This document shows positions 63,911 through 64,000 of a stretch of DNA of 64,000 bases, in pieces. The position numbers and the translations under genes were made by a program. The notes below the pieces were generated by a model. The model was given only the letters and a program-made list of their open reading frames with translations, had not been told where the DNA came from and ran no database searches. The DNA lies in contig NEEC01000025.1 of NCBI GenBank assembly GCA_002189035.1, forward strand, positions 675,300 through 739,299, in the 5' to 3' direction. This DNA comes from Utricularia gibba (taxonomy: Eukaryota; Plantae; Magnoliophyta). Every line of letters begins with the position of its first letter. Position 1 is the first letter of the stretch.

Positions 63911-64000
63911 GTTAGGGATTAGGGTTTATTAGGGTTTAGGGTTTAGGGTTTAGGGTTTATTAGGGTTTAGGGTTTATTAGGGTTTAGGGTTTAGGGTTTA
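63911..64000 (+). repeat. Telomeric repeat array, G-rich strand running to the window end; mixed TTTAGGG and TTTATTAGGG units
   Basis: GTTAGGG, ATTAGGG, TTTATTAGGG, 3x TTTAGGG, TTTATTAGGG, TTTAGGG, TTTATTAGGG, 2x TTTAGGG, TTTA. Degenerate lead-in from about 63878. Confidence 0.9.

Noticed and set aside
1-64000. tRNA, rRNA, snRNA/snoRNA genes and CRISPR-like arrays
   Set aside because: No T-loop/cloverleaf, rRNA, Sm-site or convincing C/D box pairing was seen by eye, and no repeat-spacer array. A covariance-model scan (tRNAscan-SE, Infernal/Rfam) would be needed to exclude divergent RNAs.

Overview
Very gene-dense plant (eudicot-like) nuclear DNA that ends in telomeric repeats, so it most likely covers the last 64 kb of a chromosome arm. 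I can support 20 protein-coding genes: TRM5 (partial), DUF4408/DUF761, an uncharacterised zinc-ribbon protein, two NAC factors (one CUC2-like with a miR164 site), STIG1-like, a D-amino-acid transaminase-like enzyme, ATHB52-like, an ERI1-like exonuclease, DUF3082, a CIN-TCP with a miR319 site, ycf45-like, IPT9, TTL, CEP14-like, DUF641/GIL1-like, TBL, a B-box factor, an HNH endonuclease and mitochondrial KAS. There is also a truncated SNU13 pseudogene, a complete 4.7 kb Ty1/copia element, a Tourist-like MITE, a Mutator-like element with a perfect 10-bp TSD and a possible solo LTR. The main surprises are: (1) the telomere mixes canonical TTTAGGG with a 10-nt TTTATTAGGG unit; (2) mtKAS stops only about 475 bp from the telomere, with no subtelomeric repeat block; (3) eight apparent -1 frameshifts in seven otherwise intact genes can each be repaired by adding one base to a G/C homopolymer, which most likely reflects systematic consensus errors rather than biology. 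I found no tRNA, rRNA, snRNA or conserved miRNA hairpin, and no convincing wholly new multi-gene system. Family assignments come from recalled motifs, not database searches.
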